From positions 1 to 62,051 of the forward strand of contig DASYZL010000001.1 of NCBI GenBank assembly GCA_035946335.1: 62,051 nt of DNA, written 5' to 3'. A program made the translations under genes and the position numbers. This document shows positions 1-9,822 of this stretch, piece by piece. Every line of letters starts with the position of its first letter. Positions within the stretch are counted from its first letter, which is position 1. This DNA is from Patescibacteria group bacterium (GTDB lineage: Bacteria > Patescibacteriota > Microgenomatia > Levybacterales > UBA12049). Below the pieces are notes generated by a model that made no database searches, was not told the DNA's origin, and saw only the letters and a program-made list of their open reading frames with translations.

Positions 1-27
1 TACCTAGTTATTATAAGTGAATAAGAT

Positions 28-1164
28 CTACTTTTTACTATACTGTTTGTATAATTGCAAAATTACGTTAGCATTATTTTCAGTATAGTGAAGTTTTGCA
101 AATTTGAGGGCATTTGTAGCCTTTTCCCTCAGAATGTTAGGATGTGTATAAAAATACTCAATCGTTTTTTGAATATTTTCTGAAGTAATATCAATGATTT
201 TACCAACTGAATTATCCATTGCTTCCGGAACACCCCCTCTATTTGTTGCAACGACAGGTATGCCACAAGAAAGCGCTTCTATTATGACCCTTCCAAACCC
301 TTCCTCATTTAATGAAGGGACAATAAGTAAATCCGCGCTGTTATATACTGACGGTAAACTCTCCTGAGAAATGCCACCTAAGAAAATAATATTTCTATTT
401 TTTAGCGCGGCTTTTTTAACATTTTCTTCAAGAGGTCCTACTCCTGCAATAAGAAGACATATGGAATCTTTCCAATTACTTGCTGCGACCATTAAGGGAA
501 TTAATCCCTTCTCTTCAACAAGTCTTCCCACAAAAAGAACAATAAATTTTTTATCGAGTTTTAACAATGCTCTACATGTATTCTTATTAAGTGGTAAAAA
601 AACTTTTTGATCAACCCAATAAGTGAACGTCTTTATTTTATTTTCCGGAATACCGAGAGCTATAATTTCATTCTTGGACTGTCGGGATAAGGCGAGAACT
701 GAATCGGCATTTTGAAATACCCAACACGCGATATTGGTATATAAGCTAGATTTAGGAAATTGGTAAATTGAGTGAGTTGAAATAATCATTTTCTTCCTAA
801 ATACAATTGCCCAAATACATCCTACGAAACCCGCAATGATACCATGTGCATGAATTACTTTACTGTTTCTAACTATGAGCACAAAAGGTGTTACAATAAA
901 AAGACTAGGAAAGAGATATAAAAATTCAAGGAATGGATATTTTACAAAACGATAGAACAAACCTCGAATTATTGGAATTCTGACAACAGTAACAAATGGT
1001 CGCCGTTGAAGCACTTCTCCTTTTGTCCTTGTTTCCAGCGGTTGATAAGTTAGAACCGTTAGTGAAATCTTGTTCTTTTGAGTAATTTTAAGAAAATCAT
1101 CAAAATGAGTTTCAATACCACCAATATTTGGAGTAAAGCCAATGGCAAGCATGAGTATGCTCAT
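28..1164 (-). CDS. GT-B fold glycosyltransferase (family 4-like)
   Basis: 378-aa ORF. The C-terminal 'NEEGFGRVIIEALSCGIPVVATNRGG' is the E-x7-E nucleotide-sugar binding signature of GT4/GT1 enzymes. Its start overlaps the upstream stop by 4 nt. Confidence 0.8.
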   Translation of the reverse strand: MSILMLAIGFTPNIGGIETHFDDFLKITQKNKISLTVLTYQPLETRTKGEVLQRRPFVTVVRIPIIRGLFYRFVKYPFLEFLYLFPSLFIVTPFVLIVRNSKVIHAHGIIAGFVGCIWAIVFRKKMIISTHSIYQFPKSSLYTNIACWVFQNADSVLALSRQSKNEIIALGIPENKIKTFTYWVDQKVFLPLNKNTCRALLKLDKKFIVLFVGRLVEEKGLIPLMVAASNWKDSICLLIAGVGPLEENVKKAALKNRNIIFLGGISQESLPSVYNSADLLIVPSLNEEGFGRVIIEALSCGIPVVATNRGGVPEAMDNSVGKIIDITSENIQKTIEYFYTHPNILREKATNALKFAKLHYTENNANVILQLYKQYSKK

Positions 1165-2201
1165 AACTTAAATTTTGCTTTGAAAACAATGTAACCATAG
1201 AAAAATGTTGTTCCGATGCACATAATAGGTTGCAAAAACCATGCAACATCAGCTATCTGTGCAAATCCCCGACAAGAATCCCATAATGGTTTAATGAAAG
1301 TTATGCTGTAAAAAACAAATTTCAAAAGTTCGTAATTGTCACCTTTCATATACACACCCCATCTTCTTTTTGATTTTTCCGCAATTGCATACTGCTCAAC
1401 AAAAAGTATCCTTCTTCTCAAGAAGGATAAAATCCCTCTCGAACCAGTTAGGTGTATTATAGAGTTTTTTACAAATCCAAATTCGTTGTGGCCTTTTTGT
1501 ATAACGTCAACCATGACATCAATAGGATAGTGATATTCTGGACGAATATCGGCAAATTTATTTACAATATCTCTTCGCATTAAACATCCGTTTGTACCAA
1601 CTGACGGAATTTTTCTAGGATCCTTTTCAAAATGAACTAAGTAATATCTTCCTTTGTCTTCTGCTTTTCCGGTCAGAACCCATTTTTTCGCAGTTTGTGG
1701 CATACGATCAGCTTTGTGGAGATAATAAGGCAATGGTTCACTCGTACCAAATAAAGCAAAGTACCTATCAAGCAAACCGTAACTTCTGTTGTAATGATAA
1801 TAGCAGGTTGTTGTCGCTACCATATTTGGATTTTCATTAAGTGGCACTATCATTTCTTGCAGCCATTTTTTATTAGGCAAAAAGTTATCATGGTCAACAA
1901 CCAAAACCAGTTCTCCTCTCGCAGTGTTATATGCTACGCCCCTGTTGAATTCTGCGTTCTGCTTATGTGTTGGCACAGAAATAACTTTTGCTCTAAATTC
2001 TTTTGCAATTTTTTTTGTATTATCAGTTGACCCTCCATCTCCGAGGATAATTTCGATTTTATTTTGTGGATAATCTTGGTTTCTAATTGCAGTAAGACAT
2101 TTCCCTAAGGTTTTCTCAGAATTATAAGTAGGAATAATAACGGAAATGGTAAAAATTTTCTGTTTCACTTGCTCCATATATAAAACATAATCCTCTCCCA
2201 T
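1161..2201 (-). CDS. GT-A fold glycosyltransferase (family 2)
   Basis: 'ISVIIPTYNSEKTLGKCLTAIRNQ...IILGDGGSTDNT...LVVDHDN' is a typical GT2 N-terminal signature with a DxD-like motif. The start is uncertain: the ORF track uses 2201, and an internal Met at 2177 would shorten the overlap with the SDR gene. Confidence 0.8.
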   Translation of the reverse strand: MGEDYVLYMEQVKQKIFTISVIIPTYNSEKTLGKCLTAIRNQDYPQNKIEIILGDGGSTDNTKKIAKEFRAKVISVPTHKQNAEFNRGVAYNTARGELVLVVDHDNFLPNKKWLQEMIVPLNENPNMVATTTCYYHYNRSYGLLDRYFALFGTSEPLPYYLHKADRMPQTAKKWVLTGKAEDKGRYYLVHFEKDPRKIPSVGTNGCLMRRDIVNKFADIRPEYHYPIDVMVDVIQKGHNEFGFVKNSIIHLTGSRGILSFLRRRILFVEQYAIAEKSKRRWGVYMKGDNYELLKFVFYSITFIKPLWDSCRGFAQIADVAWFLQPIMCIGTTFFYGYIVFKAKFKL

Positions 2202-2968
2202 AAAAATCCTGGAAGGAACCTCTTAAGAAGGATTGTAATGTAAGCATCTGCTCCAAGGATTATTGTCTCCGGCGGATTTTCTGAGGCAATCACATTATCA
2301 ATTTTTTTCAGTATCGAATTATAGGTTAACATTGGCATAAATATTCTAGCGAGAAGAAACTTCTTTCTCAATGGCATATGAGGTAATTTCTTTTCTTTAG
2401 TTATTTGCTCATTCTTTATAGCGCCAGGAGCAAGCGTCGTAATCCAGATATTTTCCTTTTGTATTTCGTATTTCATTCCGTTGCTAAGAGCCTGTAGTGC
2501 AAATTTTGATGCGCTGTATAGAGCAAAGTTTGGCAGAGAAATTAATCCATTCAATGATGTTATATTAATAATTTTTCCTTTACCATTATCTATCATGACA
2601 GGTATTATCTCTTTCATCATACGAAAAGCACCCACAAGGTTTACCTCCAGTAACTTCTGGAGATTGCCTATCGATGATTCCATTGCCGGTTTGGAAATCG
2701 TAATGCCTGCATTATTAATAAGAATATCTATATCTTTTTCTTTTTGTAAGATTTTGCGGATAGCATTTTTACACTGAGTTTCATTCGTAACATCAAGCAA
2801 TATTGGATAAATAGATAGTTTCTCTTTTTGCCAAAGTCTCTCAAGGAAAAGTACGTCTTCATTACTCCTTACACCAGCAAAGACAGTATTTCCTTGTTTT
2901 GCAAGTTTCTCAGCCAAATATCTGCCAAGACCAGAAGAACAACCAGTAATTACAATATTATTGTTCAT
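2165..2968 (-). CDS. short-chain dehydrogenase/reductase (SDR)
   Basis: 'ITGCSSGLGRYLA' (TGxxxGxG), 'NNAG' and the catalytic 'YSASK' (Y-x3-K) are all present in canonical order. Confidence 0.85.
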   Translation of the reverse strand: MNNNIVITGCSSGLGRYLAEKLAKQGNTVFAGVRSNEDVLFLERLWQKEKLSIYPILLDVTNETQCKNAIRKILQKEKDIDILINNAGITISKPAMESSIGNLQKLLEVNLVGAFRMMKEIIPVMIDNGKGKIINITSLNGLISLPNFALYSASKFALQALSNGMKYEIQKENIWITTLAPGAIKNEQITKEKKLPHMPLRKKFLLARIFMPMLTYNSILKKIDNVIASENPPETIILGADAYITILLKRFLPGFLWERIMFYIWSK

Positions 2969-2979
2969 AACCTATTATA

Positions 2980-4086
2980 TTATAATGATTTTTTATAAAC
3001 ATCTTCAATAATCTCCCAGCTTTCAAGAACACTTTTGCTCCATGTGAATTGATCTGACCAATCTTTTGCAGCCCTAGACAATGTTCGCAACATTTTCTTA
3101 TTATTAATAAGTATATCCATTGCATTAGCTAATGCTTGAGGATTAGGATCTACAAGCAAACCTGTTTTATTGTCTCTTATAGAGTCTCTCAAACCTTCAA
3201 CGTTGTACCCAATTACTGGCGTGCCAACTGAGTTTGCTTCAATTACTGTAAGTCCCCACCCCTCTTTTTTTGATGGATGGATTAAAATCCAGGACTTCTG
3301 AAGCAACAGCCATTTTATTTTTTCATCAACAAATCCTAAATATTTAATACTCTCTCGGAGAGAGTATTTTTTTAAAAGTATTTTGGTGAAATGTTTCTTT
3401 TCCTCTTTTCCAGCAATAAAAAATTGCAGGTGAGGATTATTTTTTTTAACCATTTTAAATGCTACTAAAGCGTCCTCAATTCCTTTGTCTAAAGATATTC
3501 TATTCAGAAATAATATTGAAGGAAAAATTGTTTTCACTATATTTATATGTATTTTCGGAACCGACACGCCGTTGTGAACAACGAATATGTTGCATTCCGG
3601 AATATTCATTTTCATAATATCTAATTTTGTTGAGTTAGAAACCGTAATAAAAGTAACTTGTTTATAGAGGAAAAAGAAAAATGGTTCAGTTATATAGCCA
3701 ATTAATGCGAGTGGGAAAATAATATTGTCAAACCAAACTTTTCCAGCAACTTCATGAATTACTGCAATAATTTTTTTTCTATTAAAAAAGATAGGTGTAA
3801 AAAAAGGTAAGAAATGGAAACAGTCTATAACAACGTCCGCTGATGAAAATTCTCCTCGAATAGCATAAAGTAATACCCACATATGCACACTATATTGAGA
3901 ACCAAAACGTTTTACTGTAATCCCTTCTAATATTTCTTCCTTTTTGGCTCCCAAAAACTGAGAGGAAATCCATGTGATAGTACTCCCTTTTTTCTGCCAA
4001 AATAATGCGTGGTTCCACAACATTGTTTCAGCTCCTCCGGCCAAAGGATGCTTAATATCTCGCCAATTAAGAATAAGAATATTCAT
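2980..4086 (-). CDS. GT-B fold glycosyltransferase (family 4-like)
   Basis: 'SKKEGWGLTVIEANSVGTPVIGYNVEGLRDSI' E-x7-E motif. The N-terminal 'ILILNWRDIKHPLAGGAE' is typical of the family. Confidence 0.8.
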   Translation of the reverse strand: MNILILNWRDIKHPLAGGAETMLWNHALFWQKKGSTITWISSQFLGAKKEEILEGITVKRFGSQYSVHMWVLLYAIRGEFSSADVVIDCFHFLPFFTPIFFNRKKIIAVIHEVAGKVWFDNIIFPLALIGYITEPFFFFLYKQVTFITVSNSTKLDIMKMNIPECNIFVVHNGVSVPKIHINIVKTIFPSILFLNRISLDKGIEDALVAFKMVKKNNPHLQFFIAGKEEKKHFTKILLKKYSLRESIKYLGFVDEKIKWLLLQKSWILIHPSKKEGWGLTVIEANSVGTPVIGYNVEGLRDSIRDNKTGLLVDPNPQALANAMDILINNKKMLRTLSRAAKDWSDQFTWSKSVLESWEIIEDVYKKSL

Positions 4087-4116
4087 TTCTTGTTTGATGA
4101 AACAATACTTTAAAAT

Positions 4117-4935
4117 TTAATTCGTAACATTTATCCTGAAATTAAGCTCTTCATCATATCGCCATTTCCTCTTACTCTTATCATCGTAATAGTGCATAAT
4201 TTTCAGGCGATAGTAGACAGCAACTGTATCCCATGAAATATCATAAATCGCTTTCCAAAAATTTTTTGATGTGATAGATGACCAATTATTAAACCTTAAA
4301 TCTACAGGAGACTCTTCTATTTTTGTGTATCCTAAGTAATTTGCTACAGCCAAAATTTCGATATCAAATGCAAATTTTTTCACTAGAAGCCTTGGTAATA
4401 CATCTTCAAGCACTTTTCTTCTAAATAATTTTAACCCCACTTGAGTATCTCTGATTGATAGAGAAAATAACATTTTCACCATGGTACGATAGCCCCATGA
4501 AAGTACCCTTCGTTGCCAGGGATAATGAACGTTAGAATCGGGATGCAGCTTGGAACCAATGACTATATCCAACTTTTCGTCTTGAATCCGTTGGATCATT
4601 TGCTGAAGTCCCCGTGGATGAAGATCCATACCAGCATCAATAAAAGCTATTAGATTTCCTCTTGCTTTTGCCATACCATACCGGACTGCATACCCTTTTC
4701 CGTGATTATGGGCATATCCGACGACCTTTATTTTTCTTGATTTAATTTTCTTTACTTGCTCAACAGTCTTATCGATATATCCATCAACAACGATGATAAC
4801 TTCATAATTTTTTGTGATTGTATCCATGACTTTTTGAATTTGCCGTACGTCTTTTTGTATAGTTTTCTCTTGACAAAATGCAGGAACAATAAGCGAAATG
4901 AATGAAGATATATGCTGCGTTTTATTCATACTCAT
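4117..4935 (-). CDS. GT2 glycosyltransferase, polyprenyl-phosphate sugar synthase-like (DPM1/GtrB-like)
   Basis: 'LIVPAFCQEKTI...VIIVVDGYIDKT...AFIDAGMDLHP', then 'IRDTQVGLKLFRR' and 'FAFDIEILAVANYLG', as in dolichyl/undecaprenyl-phosphate glycosyltransferases. Confidence 0.65.
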   Translation of the reverse strand: MSMNKTQHISSFISLIVPAFCQEKTIQKDVRQIQKVMDTITKNYEVIIVVDGYIDKTVEQVKKIKSRKIKVVGYAHNHGKGYAVRYGMAKARGNLIAFIDAGMDLHPRGLQQMIQRIQDEKLDIVIGSKLHPDSNVHYPWQRRVLSWGYRTMVKMLFSLSIRDTQVGLKLFRRKVLEDVLPRLLVKKFAFDIEILAVANYLGYTKIEESPVDLRFNNWSSITSKNFWKAIYDISWDTVAVYYRLKIMHYYDDKSKRKWRYDEELNFRINVTN

Positions 4936-5041
4936 GTTATAGACTGTTTCCTTTGTATACGCAATGCAGAAGAATACATAGGTACTATATAAACATCTAA
5001 CACAAAAAAGACTAAAAATTATAGAGTTTCACTGAATTTTT

Positions 5042-5758
5042 TTATTTTTTAATCGTTTTTAGTAAATTTCGCATATGCTCAAGCCTTTCAGGAGTACCAA
5101 TATCTGTAATAAGTTCACTCGTGTCATATCCAAATATACGTCCATTTCTTTCTAATAATGCAGGCAAAAGGTCACGTGCAATGTCGTATGACGATTTACT
5201 TATCAAATTTGAAAAAACTTCCGGACTAAACATGTACAAAGCTGCAAGATTGTGTGGGTTTTCAGGTATCTTGTGATTTAAATGAGGTTTTGCAAGAATT
5301 TTTTTGATTTGAAAATTTGTGTCATATTCCACCAGATCACTGTCTTCAGGATGATAAGCATGGTGCATTGCCGCTGTAATCAGCGCATTGTGTTCTTTGT
5401 GAAAAGCTAATAACTTACTAAAATCAACGAATGCAATTACATCACCGTAGATAATAACCGTGTCTTCAGTTATATACTTTGCTATTCGATTAAGCGCCCC
5501 ACCTGTCCCAAGGAGTTCTTTTTCGAATGAATACCTTATAGAAACTCCGAATGCGCTACCGTCACCAAAATATTCGGTGATTTGTTCTGGCATATAGTGA
5601 AGATTTACAAATATATCGATAATATCGAATTGTCTTAAGTGTTCAATATGCCATTGCAATAGGGGCTTTCCACCAATAGGAACCATAACTTTTGTCATTA
5701 CACGAGAAATCTCTGGAAGTCTTGTTCCTTTTCCCGCTGACAAAATTACGGCTTGCAT
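5042..5758 (-). CDS. sugar-1-phosphate nucleotidyltransferase (HddC-like heptose-1-P guanylyltransferase candidate)
   Basis: N-terminal 'MQAVILSAGKGTRL' nucleotidyltransferase signature and 'GTGGAL'. The specific assignment rests only on adjacency to the GmhA and HddA-like genes. Confidence 0.7.
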   Translation of the reverse strand: MQAVILSAGKGTRLPEISRVMTKVMVPIGGKPLLQWHIEHLRQFDIIDIFVNLHYMPEQITEYFGDGSAFGVSIRYSFEKELLGTGGALNRIAKYITEDTVIIYGDVIAFVDFSKLLAFHKEHNALITAAMHHAYHPEDSDLVEYDTNFQIKKILAKPHLNHKIPENPHNLAALYMFSPEVFSNLISKSSYDIARDLLPALLERNGRIFGYDTSELITDIGTPERLEHMRNLLKTIKK

Positions 5759-5809
5759 GAGTAAATTTTATAGAATCAAAATGAAATCCGCAATGGAATA
5801 AGGCAGAAA

Positions 5810-6421
5810 TTATTTTTCTTGCTGCATAGATTTTTCAACGAGCAGGTCAAAAGCATCTTTAAAATATTTCGTCATCAAATGCAAAATAATGTCATGAATC
5901 CCCTCAACGATTTCATATTCCCCTTTTTGTGTAGGAACGAAAATCTTTGCATCAGCAAGCCTATTAAGCTTACCCCCATCAAATCCGGAAAGTCCAATTA
6001 CCGGAATTTTATGATGTTTCGCAAGTTCAACTGCTTTAATAATATTTGCCGAATTACCGGAACTCGAAATTGCAATGACCACATCACAATCCTGCAGGTA
6101 ATTTTTAAGAGGACCCGCAAATACCATATCATATCCTATATCATTGGCCCATGCTGTTAATTCTTCTTCTGTTGAAGGAACTCGAATTGCTTGAAAACGC
6201 CGATGTTGCGAGTCAAGATAGTGACTAAAAACTGTCTTATTAAAATCAGCAACCCAATGAGAAGCGAGAGCAAGTGAACCTCCGTTACCAAAAACATAAA
6301 TTCTCCCATCATGCTCATATACTGCCTGTAAGATATTGAGGGCTTTAGCAATTTCTTTCGTTGGTAATTGTGTTAGCGTGTCCTTCACATTGGTAATAAA
6401 ATTTTGAATATATTTTTCCAT
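5810..6421 (-). CDS. gmhA: phosphoheptose isomerase (SIS domain)
   Basis: 'IYVFGNGGSLALASHWVADF' and 'VVIAISSSGNSANIIKAVE' match the GmhA/SIS pattern. The length of about 200 aa is typical. Confidence 0.8.
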   Translation of the reverse strand: MEKYIQNFITNVKDTLTQLPTKEIAKALNILQAVYEHDGRIYVFGNGGSLALASHWVADFNKTVFSHYLDSQHRRFQAIRVPSTEEELTAWANDIGYDMVFAGPLKNYLQDCDVVIAISSSGNSANIIKAVELAKHHKIPVIGLSGFDGGKLNRLADAKIFVPTQKGEYEIVEGIHDIILHLMTKYFKDAFDLLVEKSMQQEK

Positions 6422-6435
6422 ATATTTCTACTTTA

Positions 6436-7446
6436 TTATTGCGTGTTCATTTGTATTTCTGCTCCCGATTGAACAAACTTTATGGGTAGCTCTTGAAAAT
6501 CCGCAACTGCATATTTCTTCGCAACTTTATACATTTTTTTTCTAATTCGATCTTTTGTACTAATTGGCGAAATAAACATTATGCAACCTCCACCACCCGC
6601 TCCGAGCAATTTTCCACCCCATGCTCCTGCATCCAAACCCATTTCATATAGTTCATCAATAAATGGACTCGATATCTTATTTGTTAAACTTTTTTTCATA
6701 ACCCATCCATTGTGAAGCATACGCCCTAAACCTTGGAAATTTCCTTTTAGCAATTTTTCCGAAAATTCATCTACCGAATATGCCATCTCTTTTAATGTGT
6801 TAAATCTCATTTCGTCTTTTTCTGTGTTTGCTTTCTGATCTGTAAGAATAGATGATGCATCTCTTGTAATACCTGTAAAAAAGAGGAGTAAATGTTCTTC
6901 AAGGGCTATGCGCTTTCGAAAATCAAGCAAGATAGGCTCTATCGATACACTTCCATCCTGGTTAAATTGGAAAATATTAAACCCCCCGAGCGAACTTGCA
7001 TATTGATCTTGTTTACCAATTGGCTCATGTAATAAATCGATTTCAAGTCTAGCCGCTTCTTCCGCGGTTTCTTCTTTTGTTAATTTTTTTCCTTGATATG
7101 CCGCAAGCCCCTTCATCAACGCAACAGAAAAACTGGAGGAAGAACCAAGGCCCGTTCGAGATGGTAAATCGGCAAACGAAGCAATTTCAATACCGCTGAA
7201 AATTTCTTTATCGATAAGCGCCGCCTTAATCCGAGTATTGTGTAGTTGCTTAGGATGATTGACTGTCTCAGAAACTGAGTATCGTGCTGCAACTTTATTA
7301 ATTAATGGCGTTCTATTGATAACCACATGAACATACTGATCTATTGTTGTAGAGATAACTCGTCCTGGACTCCTTTTATAAAACGCGGCAAGATCAGTAC
7401 CACCACCCAAAAAACTGATTCTCATTGGTGCCCGAACAACTATCAT
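6436..7446 (-). CDS. GHMP-family sugar kinase (HddA-like D-glycero-D-manno-heptose 7-phosphate kinase candidate)
   Basis: 'RAPMRISFLGGGTDL' N-terminus and GHMP ATP-binding motif 'PSRTGLGSSSSFSVAL', followed by 'KLLGAGGGG'. Confidence 0.75.
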   Translation of the reverse strand: MIVVRAPMRISFLGGGTDLAAFYKRSPGRVISTTIDQYVHVVINRTPLINKVAARYSVSETVNHPKQLHNTRIKAALIDKEIFSGIEIASFADLPSRTGLGSSSSFSVALMKGLAAYQGKKLTKEETAEEAARLEIDLLHEPIGKQDQYASSLGGFNIFQFNQDGSVSIEPILLDFRKRIALEEHLLLFFTGITRDASSILTDQKANTEKDEMRFNTLKEMAYSVDEFSEKLLKGNFQGLGRMLHNGWVMKKSLTNKISSPFIDELYEMGLDAGAWGGKLLGAGGGGCIMFISPISTKDRIRKKMYKVAKKYAVADFQELPIKFVQSGAEIQMNTQ

Positions 7447-7505
7447 AGACGTATTTTATTGAATACTAGAGATAGTAGCACACTTATTGTCAAATAGGAA
7501 ATACA

Positions 7506-8780
7506 TTAATGTCTATGCTTTCCATAACTCCATAATACATTTAGCAAAAGGAGGAGAGAAACTAACGAAACAAAAATCAACACATAAACAACCTGATAAA
7601 GCGTCTGGTGCAAAAAAGTAATAAGAACAATAAAAAGTATTGCCACGAATAAGTTGATTTTATAAACTTGTGTCTTACCTAATGAGAGTAAAAAATTATG
7701 TAAAAGCGTAACGAGAGAATAAACAAACATAAAGAGAGAATATATTCCAAGGTATTTTCCTACTCCTGCATATGCGGATGCGGGAAAAAATATTTTTAAA
7801 ATAAGTTGTGGAAAGAAAAAATACGCAAAAGATGCACTTAGGGAAATAAACGAAATGATACCAATTGCTAAAAGGAGTGTCCCTCGCAAACTTTCTTCTT
7901 TTTCTTTTTTTTGCGCTATAAGAGGAAAAAAAACAACATAAATTGGAGCAGTCACATAAAAAATTGATTTTCCCATTACCGAAACGGCAGCATAGTATCC
8001 TGCATTTTCAGGACTAAAAAAATGTCTTACAAACAGAATATCTGTACTGGAAATAATCGTTATTCCAAGTGTAGCAAGGAAAAATGGTAAACTAAATTTA
8101 ATGAACTCATGCTTAAAATTTGTTGAACCTTGTTGAAATAAATTGATCTTGTTCTTCTTGTATACATACCAACATAAAAGAATCAACGGGATAATGCCAG
8201 AAATGACCAATGCTATCATTGCTCCGAATACTTTCAAACCAAGTAAAATGAGCATGATGCCAAAAACAATTTTCAGTACCGGGCCGAGTATTGTGGTAGC
8301 TGAAAGGAAGAAAAAATGTAATTCTCCCTGAAGTACGCCTGATGGTAATGCAGTAAGAATAGAAAAATAAATTGTTAAAAAAATCAAAAATAACAGACGA
8401 ATATCTCCAATGTGTAAAAATGACTGCAACGACCACGAGCTCAAACATAAAACAAAAAGAATGGCTGTTGCAAGCAAAAAGAGAAAACGGAAACCTCCGC
8501 TTACCAGATCGCTTTTTCCTTGTTCATCTTTTCTCGCAGTATATTGAGCGGAAAATTTGGTAAAAATATTAGCCAAGGTTCCCTGAAAAATGCCGAAAAG
8601 AACAAGGAGGGACATTAAGGAAGAATACAATCCGTAGTCACTTACGGATAATAGATGGTGACCACCAATAAACAGATTAAATAACCAGTTAAATATATTT
8701 GAGATAAAGGTTCCAGTAAAAATAATAGCACTACCTGAAATAAGCGGATGTTCAACTATTCGTTTAATGTGACGTTTCAT
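7506..8780 (-). CDS. polysaccharide/oligosaccharide flippase (MOP/Wzx-like)
   Basis: 424-aa protein made almost entirely of hydrophobic helices (about 12 by eye). It lies in a glycosyltransferase cluster and has no enzymatic motif. Confidence 0.6.
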   Translation of the reverse strand: MKRHIKRIVEHPLISGSAIIFTGTFISNIFNWLFNLFIGGHHLLSVSDYGLYSSLMSLLVLFGIFQGTLANIFTKFSAQYTARKDEQGKSDLVSGGFRFLFLLATAILFVLCLSSWSLQSFLHIGDIRLLFLIFLTIYFSILTALPSGVLQGELHFFFLSATTILGPVLKIVFGIMLILLGLKVFGAMIALVISGIIPLILLCWYVYKKNKINLFQQGSTNFKHEFIKFSLPFFLATLGITIISSTDILFVRHFFSPENAGYYAAVSVMGKSIFYVTAPIYVVFFPLIAQKKEKEESLRGTLLLAIGIISFISLSASFAYFFFPQLILKIFFPASAYAGVGKYLGIYSLFMFVYSLVTLLHNFLLSLGKTQVYKINLFVAILFIVLITFLHQTLYQVVYVLIFVSLVSLLLLLNVLWSYGKHRH

Positions 8781-9822
8781 AAATTCGTTGATAGAATGAG
8801 AGAGTTTGTTCCGCAGCTTTTTTCCAAGAAAAAGTTTTTGCTTGTATCAATCCCTTTTCTACCATCTCTTTCCGCTTTCTTCCATCTGTAAATAGTTCAA
8901 CAATCGCTTCGCCTATCGAAGCCTCATTATACGCATCAACAAATTCTGCTGCATCCCCTGCAACTTCAGGCAGTGAACCCTCTTTAGAGGTAATTACGGG
9001 ACACCCACAACTCATTGCTTCAATGACACCGAGTCCAAACCCTTCGTAGAGACTAGGCATAGCAAATACGGTTGCACAATTGTAGAGCTGTACTAACTCG
9101 TCATTTTCCACAAATCCCAGACGATATATATTTGAATTTTTTTCTGCAATTTCTATAACAATATTTCTATCAACATTCCAAGGATTCGCTGTGTCATAAT
9201 CTTTTTCTACCAAAGCCTTCCCAACCATAACGAGTGGAACATGTTGAGTAATACAAGCTCTCATGAGTCTGGGAAGATTTTTATTCCACGTTACATCCCC
9301 TACGTACAGAGCAAAGTACTCTGGTAATCCATATTTATTAAAGAGTGCTTGTTTATTAATTGCCTTTTCAGAAAGTTTTTGAAATGTTTCTCCAGCTGCA
9401 AGATATACTACAGAGATTTTTTCATTAGAAATACCGATAAGTTTATGTATATCTTTTTTTGAACACACTGAATCAGTGAGAATTCCATCAACATTTTTGA
9501 GTAAATGCTTTTGTAGTTGCCAGATCAACTTTCCTTTTATTCCCGCCGGAAAATGTTTTTGGAAAACTAGTGGAGTAAGATCATGAACAGTAACAACAGT
9601 CAAGTGATGTTTCAGTAGTGGCAGCGTCTGAAAATATGGATCAAAATATGGGTAGTGCACAACGTTAACGTTTTGAGGAATTGATTTAGGGTCAGTAAAG
9701 AATGTATAAGAATGCTGCGGGAAGTACTTCTGCAATGCATCTTTCAAATGCAGCAGATAGAAACCTACTCCTCTGACCTTATGACCTGATGAAAGGGGGG
9801 AAATGTCAATTGCGATATTCAT
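8764..9822 (-). CDS. GT-B fold glycosyltransferase (family 4-like)
   Basis: 'PSLYEGFGLGVIEAMSCGCPVITSKEGSLPEV' E-x7-E motif. Confidence 0.8.
   Translation of the reverse strand: MNIAIDISPLSSGHKVRGVGFYLLHLKDALQKYFPQHSYTFFTDPKSIPQNVNVVHYPYFDPYFQTLPLLKHHLTVVTVHDLTPLVFQKHFPAGIKGKLIWQLQKHLLKNVDGILTDSVCSKKDIHKLIGISNEKISVVYLAAGETFQKLSEKAINKQALFNKYGLPEYFALYVGDVTWNKNLPRLMRACITQHVPLVMVGKALVEKDYDTANPWNVDRNIVIEIAEKNSNIYRLGFVENDELVQLYNCATVFAMPSLYEGFGLGVIEAMSCGCPVITSKEGSLPEVAGDAAEFVDAYNEASIGEAIVELFTDGRKRKEMVEKGLIQAKTFSWKKAAEQTLSFYQRIYETSH

Noticed and set aside
371-610. Many 60-180-aa ORFs in the track lie antisense to, or frame-shifted within, the long minus-strand genes. Examples are 371..610, 2481..2777, 5819..6160, 8113..8448, 15503..15835, 26753..27091, 28992..29381, 35233..35703, 53062..53445, 54087..54416, 57549..57950, 58933..59475 and 60105..60539.
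   Set aside because: Each lies entirely inside a longer ORF that has clear family motifs or paralogues. Their translations are low-complexity or Cys/Arg/Phe-rich, as expected from AT-rich antisense frames. None has its own start context or conservation signal.
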